The notes under the pieces: generated by a model
Told to the model about the DNA's origin: nothing
The model's input: only the letters and a program-made list of their open reading frames with translations
The model's database searches: none
Shown here: one piece after another, positions 54,361-64,000 of the stretch
Position numbering within the stretch: the stretch's first letter is position 1
Layout of the letters: each line of letters begins with the position of its first letter
Origin: a virus
Lineage: Duplodnaviria; Caudoviricetes
DNA: 64,000 nt
Direction: 5' to 3' (one strand)
Virus record (IMG/VR): IMGVR_UViG_3300019378_000009
Coordinates: 1 to 64,000 of that record
Position numbers and translations under genes: made by a program

Positions 54361-56967
54361 TTATATAGATTTAATTAATTTTGCCAATATGCTTTGGTAA
54401 CGACTAGGTTGTTCTACTGTTACTGTATCTTTTAGGGGCTCTCGTAATATTCTATTAATACCAACTACCCGTATCTCGTCAGTGAAAATTTTATCTAAGA
54501 TTTCAGCAGCAGTAACTGAAGTTTCTTTATCTATATTATTAATATATTTATAATAATCTACTAGTTCTTCTTGTAAGTTTTCTAAGTCCCCCTCTAATTG
54601 AGCAAGTTGTTCTTTTTGACCTTGTTTAAGAGCGTACTCATAAAGTGCCGTTGCTTTTTCTATTCTATTAGTAATATAATTATAAGGAATGGCATTTAAA
54701 CTATCTTTATTATAAACTTGTATTACGCTACCAACAGAAAGTCGAGGTAAGGCAATGCGTTCTAACATACCAATATCTAACACTGTTAAAGAATGTGATT
54801 CTTTTATTTTATTTATGTCTGCAAAATGAGTTACTGCTTGATTATATAAGCTAATTGAATTTAATTCATCTGTATTACTATAAGTTTGCTCATAAATATA
54901 TTGTCCATAATTTTGATACAAAATTTTAAAGACTTGTTGATTAATTTGTGTTTGTATTGTGTCGAACTTATTTTTAATACCATTAGAACTGATTGTTTCT
55001 GGTTTAGGTGCATATTTATTTATTAAAGAGACAATTAATTCATATGCTCCTGGCGCAAAATCTCTATTGATTTTAAAAGAGAAACGAGAACATAAAGTTT
55101 GAGCAGTTTTAATTAGTCCTGTATAATATACATACTCTTCATTAAAATTATCGCCGTCTTCCACAGAATACAATTCTAAAATTTTGCTTTGATACATATT
55201 AATGTGTTCTTGAGTATCATTTATAAGTTTTAAGAAATAACTACTAAAAACAGAAGAGTTATTAGGTATATCTAATTCATCAGAATAACCTAATTTTTGT
55301 ATAATATCAAAATATTTAGAATTTTTAATAACATTTTCTAAATCAAGCATAGTTTTACTGATATTATTTAAATAAGTATCCCAGGATGTGTCTCTAGCCT
55401 TTTTATTAGAATTTAATTCTTCCTCATAAGCAGAGCAAGCAGCTGCATAATTTTCTGCATAACTAATAAACATTTGTCGCAATTTGAACAATTTTCCTGT
55501 ATAAGTATATAATTCTTCAGAATAATACTGAAGCTGTATGTTTAAATTACGATATGTTGTGTGTATTAATGAGTTTAAATACTCCCAATCATTTATACTC
55601 ATTTTTCCACGAAAAGGAGAAAAATCTATTAAAAATTGTCCTAAATAGTCATTCTTTTGTGTTATAGAAAAAAATTCTTTTAATTCATTTTCTATTTGCG
55701 TTTTTACTTTTTGCCGATATTCTACTATATCTGTGTTATTTTGATAAATGGTTGCAGAAATATTATTACTATCTAATTGTCCATTAAGATAGTATTGTAA
55801 TTCTACATCATATAAGGTATTATTATTCACTACATACCCTTCTACTCCAAAAGGATTATTTGCCTCTGGATTAATTGGAAATGTATACAAATGATAAGAA
55901 GAATTTGTTTTGGAGACAGTCTCAAATGAAATTTCTCCAAGATATTGTCCTTTAGTATCATTATAGCGGACAATATATGTTGCTTTATCCATTAATTCTG
56001 TTTCTTTATTTGCGCCAATTGTGCATCGAACAATAGGAACAAAAGCGGCAGAAGGAGTATAATTTTTTATCATATCACTAACCGCGCCTTCAATATCATT
56101 CCAATTTGCAAATTGCCCTCCGTTTGATATTGTATCTGCTATATATCTTTTTACAAAGGTCGGCAAAGGAGGTACCATAGTAATTTGTTTTTCATCTGCA
56201 TCTGTTCCTCCAGATACGTGTAATATAGTAGTTAATTCTGTACCCTCATAAGAGGACGTGTAATTATGCAAGTTGTATTCCGGAGCATAACGATAACCTG
56301 AAAAAGTTTTATTTTTATAATCAACAAAATCTAACAGCCTTGTGTTATAATTTACAATTAATTCTGCACCTACTATATTGCAAGCTTCTATGATGGCGTT
56401 ATAAGGATTACTATTGTTTATTTCAAAAGTAAATTTTTTAGATGGCAAAGTTAAATCTTGAGTTTGAGAGGTTACAGACCATTTGTAATCTAAAAAGTTA
56501 TCTTTTAAAATTTCTCGCGTAATTTGATAAATATTTTTAGGTTGTAATAAATCTGAGTTAGATGCATTAATAGTCGAATAACTATAATTTATATTGTGCT
56601 TTGCCCATAAATATGTTATTTCATCTTCTGCAGTAATGTTTAATATAGAATTAAGTTCAGAATTTTCTGGTTGTATGTCTTTTATAATTAGTTCTATTTT
56701 TTTTTGTTGGTCTATAATTATATACATGCGGGCGCCGATAAAATAATACGACAACAAAGGATTACTAGATAAAATATTTACGCCAGAAGCTTCATCTTTA
56801 AGCATTTGTTTAGCAACTAAAGAAAAATTTAAGGTATATTGGCTATGTTTACCTTCATTTAATTGCTCATTATAAGTTGAAAATTGTAAAGTTTCATTAT
56901 TGTTTATGGGAGAGGAGACTGGTATCCAATCTCCTCCTACATCTAAAAATATAGTAAACTCTCTCAT
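54361..56967 (-). CDS. tail-associated (Tal/baseplate hub-like) protein
   Basis: 868 aa downstream of TMP; NSNPYNAI..; T.LHV.GG. Confidence 0.6.
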   Translation of the reverse strand: MREFTIFLDVGGDWIPVSSPINNNETLQFSTYNEQLNEGKHSQYTLNFSLVAKQMLKDEASGVNILSSNPLLSYYFIGARMYIIIDQQKKIELIIKDIQPENSELNSILNITAEDEITYLWAKHNINYSYSTINASNSDLLQPKNIYQITREILKDNFLDYKWSVTSQTQDLTLPSKKFTFEINNSNPYNAIIEACNIVGAELIVNYNTRLLDFVDYKNKTFSGYRYAPEYNLHNYTSSYEGTELTTILHVSGGTDADEKQITMVPPLPTFVKRYIADTISNGGQFANWNDIEGAVSDMIKNYTPSAAFVPIVRCTIGANKETELMDKATYIVRYNDTKGQYLGEISFETVSKTNSSYHLYTFPINPEANNPFGVEGYVVNNNTLYDVELQYYLNGQLDSNNISATIYQNNTDIVEYRQKVKTQIENELKEFFSITQKNDYLGQFLIDFSPFRGKMSINDWEYLNSLIHTTYRNLNIQLQYYSEELYTYTGKLFKLRQMFISYAENYAAACSAYEEELNSNKKARDTSWDTYLNNISKTMLDLENVIKNSKYFDIIQKLGYSDELDIPNNSSVFSSYFLKLINDTQEHINMYQSKILELYSVEDGDNFNEEYVYYTGLIKTAQTLCSRFSFKINRDFAPGAYELIVSLINKYAPKPETISSNGIKNKFDTIQTQINQQVFKILYQNYGQYIYEQTYSNTDELNSISLYNQAVTHFADINKIKESHSLTVLDIGMLERIALPRLSVGSVIQVYNKDSLNAIPYNYITNRIEKATALYEYALKQGQKEQLAQLEGDLENLQEELVDYYKYINNIDKETSVTAAEILDKIFTDEIRVVGINRILREPLKDTVTVEQPSRYQSILAKLIKSI

Positions 56968-56973
56968 TTTCGT

Positions 56974-58044
56974 TTACTCCTCTTCTTGAATATCGGATTG
57001 TGAAGTATTATTAATATTATTATTATGTAAAAAGTACACCTCACATCTTAAATCTCCACCAGAAATATTGGAAATATCCGCAGTTATTGTGAATGTTTCC
57101 TCTCCAGTATTTGGATCTATGTCTTTTGCCCAAGAAAAAGCAACAAATGCTGATATAAAGGGATTAACCGCTTCTTCGCCTGGAGTATCTTCTGACGGAG
57201 GTTCTTGGTAAAACCAATTAATTTGAGGCGAAGAAAGATTATCTACTGCAGATATAGGTCCAATTATAATCGTCCATTGATTTCCTTCCTTGCTGGATTT
57301 ATCATTTGTGGCTTCAGATAACAGAAAGGTATTGAAACTTCCCATACCAATGGTAGGCAATTTATATTCAAGAAGAGATTTCTTTCTAAACCAATCTACA
57401 TAATTTTGTTTATCAAATTGTAATAAATAAGGTTCATCCCTTGGCATTATGGGAGTATAATATTCATTAGATGAAGGATATTTCTTAAAATTAATAGTCA
57501 AGTTGTCGCCATAAATAGAACCAAATTCTGGTACTGGAACTATCAAATCACCACGCACAAAATTTTCAAATATCGAATCGAAAGGGCTTTCTTGTTTGTC
57601 GGCAAGGTCTTCATAATTAATTTCAGATTGATAATCGTTATCAAAACCCACCACATATGCACCAACAAAAGTTGGTATAGCAGGTCGCCATGAAGATTCT
57701 GGTACTGCGGATAAATAATATGTCTTAGATGGAGTCGTAATTACGCTTTCCCGAATTGAATTGTCCTTCTTATAATAACGCAATATATAAGATCCTGTCG
57801 GAAGTGTAACTCCATTTTCTGTTATTTCCTTCGACAGACAACTAATTATTACAAAATATTGTTCTTCATCAACTTTAATATACGGAACATTGGCGCCTAT
57901 TAAATACTGGAGAGTATTCATATTATTATAAATCTTGTTTATTTCATCTCCAATAATATTAAAATTTTGATTAACGGCTCTTCCCCAGTTTCCACTTTGC
58001 CCAATAATTGGCAACTGTAGGCCTATTTTATTAATTGATGCCAT
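56974..58044 (-). CDS. putative tail/baseplate protein
   Basis: LQLP....NWG..VNQNF..I N-terminal motif; tail module. Confidence 0.55.
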   Translation of the reverse strand: MASINKIGLQLPIIGQSGNWGRAVNQNFNIIGDEINKIYNNMNTLQYLIGANVPYIKVDEEQYFVIISCLSKEITENGVTLPTGSYILRYYKKDNSIRESVITTPSKTYYLSAVPESSWRPAIPTFVGAYVVGFDNDYQSEINYEDLADKQESPFDSIFENFVRGDLIVPVPEFGSIYGDNLTINFKKYPSSNEYYTPIMPRDEPYLLQFDKQNYVDWFRKKSLLEYKLPTIGMGSFNTFLLSEATNDKSSKEGNQWTIIIGPISAVDNLSSPQINWFYQEPPSEDTPGEEAVNPFISAFVAFSWAKDIDPNTGEETFTITADISNISGGDLRCEVYFLHNNNINNTSQSDIQEEE

Positions 58045-59409
58045 TTATATAACCTCCGTATATTGTCTAATAGTTAAAGTGCCTTGAAAATTAGGCGTAT
58101 AATTAGCACTTTCTTCTGCTGTTTCAATACTATTTAAAGTATTATACACATCTAGTATTGAAGGTATTACATAATATTCACAACCATGTTCAATAACAAC
58201 TTCTGAATAAAAACCAAAATAACATTCCTCACTACCAATAACATCTGTATAAGAAAAATCTTCAGTACATTCCGTGTCATATAAAATAAAACAATTAGAT
58301 GTTTGTGTTGGATAAGGATTAATTGCTTTAAAATCACCGATGTTTGAAAAATATTGAGTATTACTATCAAAAGTTCCAGGTTTACATAAAAACCAATTAT
58401 AAGCAGTAGAAACCAACTGCTTAAAGTGTTCTTCTCCTTCAATTAAAATTGGCTTTCCAGGAGACTGCAATACTAAAGGAGAATAATTATATTGATTATT
58501 TATAACTTTCATTAAACCATTAAAATTAGCTTGTTGTGGCAATATATTATTGATAAAAAATAAATTAGAAGGGCTATTATATTGAATAACCTGTCTATCT
58601 CTAATTGAATTTTCTTTTAGTGTAAAAGATAGTGTGCTTATAAAATCATAACCTATTTTATCTTGTTTTATATCTAAGTTTAATTTATACAATCCTGCTA
58701 TATAATTTTCCTTTTCATCAGAGCCATATGATACTCTATAATAAAATTCCGCCGAATCATCCCCTAAAAAATTAATTCTATAATGATAAGTTGTTTTTTT
58801 ATCTGTAGTAACTCTATCATAAAGGACTACAGAAGGTAAAACAAGATTATTATTAAAAGCACCATCACAATTTTCTATCAATGCAAATTGATTTTCTTCA
58901 AGTTCTTGTTCTTTTAAATAAAATTCATTTTGAGCTGAATCAAAGTCTAATATAGCATCCATAGCATTACGTGCATAAGGAGAGGTTGTAGTAATAAAAG
59001 TAATTTCAAAACTTGCCACAAAAGTGTTATTATCTTGCTCATAAAGATTTGGATCTGAAACGCTATTAATTACAACATCAAATTCCCAATCTTGTGTAAA
59101 ATCCATTTTAAAATTACCTTGCGCGCCAGCTTTAAGCCAATGCATCATATTTATTATTTGTGCTCTTGTTAAACCCGAGGCCATTAACACGAGCGGGAAC
59201 TCACGCTGGGGGCGTGTAACCCCCAAAACGTGCTGTCCTTTTTGATATTGAGAAGAAACTAAATCAACTTGCGCACCAGTAGAAACATATAGTTTTAAAT
59301 CATCAATATCGTTTTGAATAACTAAGTTGTATTCAGATGAATGTATATTATCAAAAGTGAAAAACATATATTCGTCATAATAGAAAAAATCATTTCTTGG
59401 TGTTAACAT
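58045..59409 (-). CDS. distal tail (Dit)-like protein
   Basis: FTFDNIHSSEYNL, WL, F....PYA; directly after TMP. Confidence 0.65.
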   Translation of the reverse strand: MLTPRNDFFYYDEYMFFTFDNIHSSEYNLVIQNDIDDLKLYVSTGAQVDLVSSQYQKGQHVLGVTRPQREFPLVLMASGLTRAQIINMMHWLKAGAQGNFKMDFTQDWEFDVVINSVSDPNLYEQDNNTFVASFEITFITTTSPYARNAMDAILDFDSAQNEFYLKEQELEENQFALIENCDGAFNNNLVLPSVVLYDRVTTDKKTTYHYRINFLGDDSAEFYYRVSYGSDEKENYIAGLYKLNLDIKQDKIGYDFISTLSFTLKENSIRDRQVIQYNSPSNLFFINNILPQQANFNGLMKVINNQYNYSPLVLQSPGKPILIEGEEHFKQLVSTAYNWFLCKPGTFDSNTQYFSNIGDFKAINPYPTQTSNCFILYDTECTEDFSYTDVIGSEECYFGFYSEVVIEHGCEYYVIPSILDVYNTLNSIETAEESANYTPNFQGTLTIRQYTEVI

Positions 59410-62400
59410 TTAATCCCCTCTCTTGAATTACTTTAGCAAACTCTTGCGCTAAAATACTTCCGGCTTTCTTAAAGTCTTGATTATTATTTAAATTATTGGT
59501 TTGTATAACAATTGAACCAATAGAAATAGAATTGGAGTCGCCATCAATGTTTTGCATAGCTTTTGTAGGAGAATATGCAAGTCCATCTAGCATATGTCGT
59601 ATTAATAAAGTATCATCTGCACTTAAGAACGCTTCTGGTTTAGATGGAGTTCCATCTACCCAAGCAAGACCTGTATAGTTCACCAATCCACCAGATGCAT
59701 TTTGAGTTGTTTCACCCAAGTCAATATATTTATCAACATTAAAATTAGGATCATTTACAATTGTATCAATCATTGTATCAATGTGAGTAATTTTATCTTC
59801 AATCGTTTTTAATGCTTTATCTCGTATCTCTTGCTTCCGAGCATCTGCTGCTTCCTCATCCAGTTCAGATAATTGTTGCAATAAGTCTTTCTGCATGCTC
59901 TTAGTAGAGCTTCCAAAACCACTGCTTAATGCTGCAATTTGTTTTACTAAAGATTCTCGTTTGGTTTCACGCTCTTGCTCTTCTTGTAAAGCATCCAGTT
60001 TATCAAAATAATTAGAATAATTATTTGACATTTTTTCAAGCAAATCTTTCTCTTGTTCATAGTAATCTTGCAGTACCTGTTTCTGTCCTTCGATTGCATT
60101 TTCACTATATTCAGATGCCTTTTTAAGAAGATCAATATTGGTATCATACCATGCAACAATACTGCTATCAATGACACCCTTTTCTGCTGCCGCTACCATT
60201 GCCGCTCTATCTTCTATCCAGTTACCTTCTGCATCCTGGAACAACAAACCGTTCTCTGTAAGAACTTTATATTCAGACTGCTGAGTAAAAGCCTCTAGTT
60301 GTTTCTTTTGTTTTTCATATAACATTAACAACTCTTGAGCATCTTCAAGTTCTAGCTGGTCTGCGGCTGCGATTGCATCTTGTACTTTTTGAATTTCTTT
60401 TTGCAACTTCAATTGCTCAAGTTCTTCTTTGGTAAGTGCTGCCGCATCTTTCCATGCCTGTGAATTATATAGCCAGGCATATTTCATAAGCTCCTGTTGC
60501 TGTTTTAAATACTCCAATTCAGCTTGCGCCATGCGTCGTTTTTCATCAGTATCAGCAAGCTCTAATGCACCTTGAACTTTTTGCATTTCAAATTGCCAGT
60601 CTTTTAATGCTTTTTCTGTAGCCTTTGTAGTTAAATCATCTCTGTTTAAAGTGCCCGCAAAAAATGCCTTAACATTATCAGGATCTTGAAAAAACTCTGC
60701 ATTTTCTCTTTGTAGGGCGGCTAAATCAATGTTACTTAATTCACCCATAGCATATTTTTTGGAAGCTTCTATGATGTCATCATAAGAAGAATACTCTCTT
60801 ACATAGTCTTCAAGCACATCTTGAGGAGTGGAGCCGATTATATCCATTAATAAATTAATAACATCTTGCTTTTTAAACTCATCATTGGATGCTGCAAGTG
60901 CCAACATGAAACTGTCTGCTGTTCCATCAGAAGAGGCGAAAGCGTTTGCTAACAATTGTTTGGTTTGATCTTCTGTCATCTTATGTTGTTCTAGCATGTA
61001 GTTGTATAATTCACCAAGCTCTACGCCAGTAAAGCCCCAATCAGACATGACACCAAGAGCCGCATCGCCTTTTTGACCCAACATGCCCATTAAATCAGCT
61101 ACACGTTCATATTCTGCATAAACAGCATTAAAAGCTTTCTTGGCAGACTCTGGAATTTCCTTAACGGCATCATTGTATGCATCCATTTGCTCTTGTAAGC
61201 CTTCGCCATTTGCCTTAATCATTTTTAACACGCCTTCTTGCAATTCCCCTATGTTATCTTCTGATGCGGCAAAGGATCTAAATTCCGCCTCTTCCATAGT
61301 GTTTATAGTAGATTCTATAGCGTTTGCGGCGTTTTGTAATTGTACGGCAGTATAATTGGCACTTTCTTTTTCTAGCTCCATAAAAGCCTTATCTATATAA
61401 GCGGCTTTAATACTATCATTATAATCGCCTTTTTGTATACTTGTCTGTGCCTGTGTAAAAGCTTCATTTGTTAAATTTGCTATATCTTCGGCAGCTTGCT
61501 TTGCTTCTGCGGTGACTTTAGTCCAATTAACCGAGCCGTCTTCGTTCATGTAGTTATTTTCATCAGTAGATAAAGAAGAAATTTCTCCAGCAAGTTCTTC
61601 TAAGCGCTTATAATCTTCTTCAGTTTTATAAGTTTTTGAACTTAATAATTGATATTCTTTTGATATAGCAGAAAGATTTTGCTCTTTTACTTTAGCATCA
61701 TATAGTTTCTCTTGTTTGTGTTCTAGCTGTCGTTGTCTACCCGCTTCGGTTTTATTGTCGCGCTCTTCTCTTCTGCGCATACGTCTATCTTCTCGACTTC
61801 GTTTACGTCGTTCTCGGTCTGCTTGTCTGTCTGCTTTTCTTTCTGCGGCTTTCTCGGTATTTCCAGTAAGCCTTTTTATAGTATTAGCAAGCCACGGAAT
61901 AGTATCTTGGAGCCAGTTCATAAATCTTTCTCCAATTTCTTGAGTGTCAGCAAGATATTCATTAAAAACACGAAAACCATCTGCTAATTCTTGTAAAAAC
62001 TCTGCTGCAACCTGTAAGCCAGGACTCAATCTTTTAAATATATTAAAATAATTAAGAACTCCACCTACAAGATTAATTAGATTAGCAACAAAATTAATTG
62101 CTTCAAAAATTATATCTATAATTGGCGGCAAAAATTTCATAACTGCGCCAAATATCCATGTTATTGCTTCTACAATTAGACCAAGTGCTGGATTCACTGC
62201 AAGCACAATGCGAATTATATCGGAAAAAGCATCAAATATTTTTCCAAGAAAAACCAAAAGCTTTGGAATTAAAGACAAATAATCTTTTAATGAACCGCCC
62301 ATATCTTTGAAATGAGAAAATGCTCGTTCAAGAAGATAAAACACAGCTTCTATAATTAAACCAATCCATGTTAAAGAACTTTGTGCGGCTTTCAAAATAC

Positions 62401-64000
62401 CTTTAAAAATGCCTTTGAATCCTGCTTCAGCTCCCTCTTTAAGTGTTTTACCAAAAAGCTTAGGAAAGAATTTACCAAAAATTTTAGTAATCCATTCTGC
62501 AATATCATCCCATAGTTTACCAAAAATATTTTTAGTAGTTTTAGTAACTTTTTTACCACCTTTAGCAATATCTACTAATACATCGTCAACAACTTGTGCA
62601 GGAGCCGACAACGACGCTTGAGGTTTTACTTTTGCTTTTATTTTAAATGAACGATTGGCCTGTTTTTTAATAATAGATTTAGAGGCCTGCTCTACAATCT
62701 CTTCGCTGCTCTCTTTATTAATAAGAGAGGCAGTGCTAGAAGCAGTAATTACTGAAGTATTAGAACCTACATTTAAACCAGCACTTTGTTTCTGTGCTGC
62801 TTGCAACTTTCTCTCTGCTGCTATTTTACGCTCAGTATTTCTTAAATAATCATCTGTTTCTTTATCATGTACATTACCAACGTCGACCATAATATCGCCA
62901 GTTTCTGCAATTCCTTGTTGCAACTGATTTTCTGCGACTTGCTCTTTGGCAATATTTTCAGTTATTACAACTTGTGTTTCTGTAGACGCTTTTTGCTTTT
63001 CTTTCTCGGTTTTAATTTCTTTTTTGCCAACAACTATCTTGCTTTTAATTAGTTCAACAACTTTAGAAATATTTGTGCCCCATTCTGCTAACTTTGAAGT
63101 AATTTGCATTGCAAAGATGGGTGTCAAAACCGCTCCTATGCCCACAACAACTGCACCCAAGATTTCAGTGTGGTTACTTACATATTCTAAACCAGAAGAT
63201 ATTTTATCTAAAGTGTCTATAAATACATCGCTATTAGTAACAGTAGTAATCAATTGCTGGAAACTAGTAGTCAATCTGGTGCTAGCAGCTTCCAAACCTT
63301 CCATATACTTTCTATGTTGGGCCATAGTTGCGCCTGCAGAAGTCATTGAAATGTTTAACAATTCTTCCGTACGGCCAAAATCTTGCATCATTGCAATTAA
63401 ACGCGACTGTTGACGTGTACCAGCCAATGCCACAGTAACATTTGCTTGTTGGTTTCTATTTAAATCATCCCATTTGTGTCCAACTTCGGTCAAAACAAGC
63501 TCCAAATCTCTGAATTGACCATTTTGATCCATCAAAGAAACACCTATATTGTCTAAAGCTTTTTGTACTCGGTTTACATCTACGCCATCTTCTAAAGTTG
63601 CACCATAGTCAGTTAATTCTCTCATACGAGAAATAACTGTCTTCAACGCTGTACCGATGGTTTCCGGTGCTTCCTGTGTTACTTCTATGCCTTTTGCAAG
63701 CAATCCAAGAGTAAAGTCCATAGACATGCCGGCAAGATTGGCCTGAGCCGCGACCTTACTTAAAGCCACAGCTAGTCCTTCATAGTCAGTAGCAGATGCA
63801 GCCGCAAGCGCCGCAAACTTATCAGAAACTTCCATAGCCTGTTCCGCAGACATTTGGAAACCGTTCATGGCATTGGTCAACAACTCTATAGAACGAGTAC
63901 CATCAATACCTGCGATTCTAGCAGCCTTTGCTGCCGCCTCAGTTAATACAAGAGCATCCTGTAAAGTTTTACCCTGTTGCAAATACTTTGTTGTCATATC
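59390..64000 (-). CDS. tape measure protein (5' end outside window)
   Basis: TMP core ETIGTALKT..AGTRQQSRL, long helical and amphipathic stretches, TGLAWVDGTPSKPE C-terminus. Confidence 0.9.
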   Translation of the reverse strand, partial: DMTTKYLQQGKTLQDALVLTEAAAKAARIAGIDGTRSIELLTNAMNGFQMSAEQAMEVSDKFAALAAASATDYEGLAVALSKVAAQANLAGMSMDFTLGLLAKGIEVTQEAPETIGTALKTVISRMRELTDYGATLEDGVDVNRVQKALDNIGVSLMDQNGQFRDLELVLTEVGHKWDDLNRNQQANVTVALAGTRQQSRLIAMMQDFGRTEELLNISMTSAGATMAQHRKYMEGLEAASTRLTTSFQQLITTVTNSDVFIDTLDKISSGLEYVSNHTEILGAVVVGIGAVLTPIFAMQITSKLAEWGTNISKVVELIKSKIVVGKKEIKTEKEKQKASTETQVVITENIAKEQVAENQLQQGIAETGDIMVDVGNVHDKETDDYLRNTERKIAAERKLQAAQKQSAGLNVGSNTSVITASSTASLINKESSEEIVEQASKSIIKKQANRSFKIKAKVKPQASLSAPAQVVDDVLVDIAKGGKKVTKTTKNIFGKLWDDIAEWITKIFGKFFPKLFGKTLKEGAEAGFKGIFKGILKAAQSSLTWIGLIIEAVFYLLERAFSHFKDMGGSLKDYLSLIPKLLVFLGKIFDAFSDIIRIVLAVNPALGLIVEAITWIFGAVMKFLPPIIDIIFEAINFVANLINLVGGVLNYFNIFKRLSPGLQVAAEFLQELADGFRVFNEYLADTQEIGERFMNWLQDTIPWLANTIKRLTGNTEKAAERKADRQADRERRKRSREDRRMRRREERDNKTEAGRQRQLEHKQEKLYDAKVKEQNLSAISKEYQLLSSKTYKTEEDYKRLEELAGEISSLSTDENNYMNEDGSVNWTKVTAEAKQAAEDIANLTNEAFTQAQTSIQKGDYNDSIKAAYIDKAFMELEKESANYTAVQLQNAANAIESTINTMEEAEFRSFAASEDNIGELQEGVLKMIKANGEGLQEQMDAYNDAVKEIPESAKKAFNAVYAEYERVADLMGMLGQKGDAALGVMSDWGFTGVELGELYNYMLEQHKMTEDQTKQLLANAFASSDGTADSFMLALAASNDEFKKQDVINLLMDIIGSTPQDVLEDYVREYSSYDDIIEASKKYAMGELSNIDLAALQRENAEFFQDPDNVKAFFAGTLNRDDLTTKATEKALKDWQFEMQKVQGALELADTDEKRRMAQAELEYLKQQQELMKYAWLYNSQAWKDAAALTKEELEQLKLQKEIQKVQDAIAAADQLELEDAQELLMLYEKQKKQLEAFTQQSEYKVLTENGLLFQDAEGNWIEDRAAMVAAAEKGVIDSSIVAWYDTNIDLLKKASEYSENAIEGQKQVLQDYYEQEKDLLEKMSNNYSNYFDKLDALQEEQERETKRESLVKQIAALSSGFGSSTKSMQKDLLQQLSELDEEAADARKQEIRDKALKTIEDKITHIDTMIDTIVNDPNFNVDKYIDLGETTQNASGGLVNYTGLAWVDGTPSKPEAFLSADDTLLIRHMLDGLAYSPTKAMQNIDGDSNSISIGSIVIQTNNLNNNQDFKKAGSILAQEFAKVIQERGLNVNTKK

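Noticed and set aside
59496-63413. Plus-strand ORFs opposite the tape measure gene
   Set aside because: Antisense shadows of a long coding frame.

Overview
A 64-kb segment of a large AT-rich tailed phage, probably infecting gut or rumen Bacillota. This host guess is inferred from about 20 near-consensus sigmaA promoters (TTGAyy-17 nt-TGnTATAAT), strong SD sites, DnaE/DnaB/DnaG/RecJ/gyrase genes and a tape-measure gene. The standard genetic code is used and no suppressor tRNA was seen. Positions 1-14.6 kb are an RNA island: 28 tRNA genes covering all 20 amino acids, three GIY-YIG homing endonucleases, and about 4 kb of GC-rich, densely base-paired, ORF-free sequence. That sequence includes a ~1.2-kb ROOL-like RNA about twice the usual size, four more unidentified 500-740-nt ornate RNAs, a circularly permuted tRNA-like (YrlA/Y-RNA-type) domain, and compact H-type pseudoknots sitting just before tRNA genes. 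Positions 14.6-26 kb hold nucleotide and folate metabolism genes (folD, thyX, gmk, dut, Grx-nrdD-nrdG-FTR-like) plus a decaying tail-fibre/adhesin cargo block. Positions 27-54 kb are replication and recombination genes. Positions 54.3-64 kb (minus strand) are the tail module, ending in a truncated tape-measure gene. All calls are by eye; family comparisons come from memory and need database confirmation.
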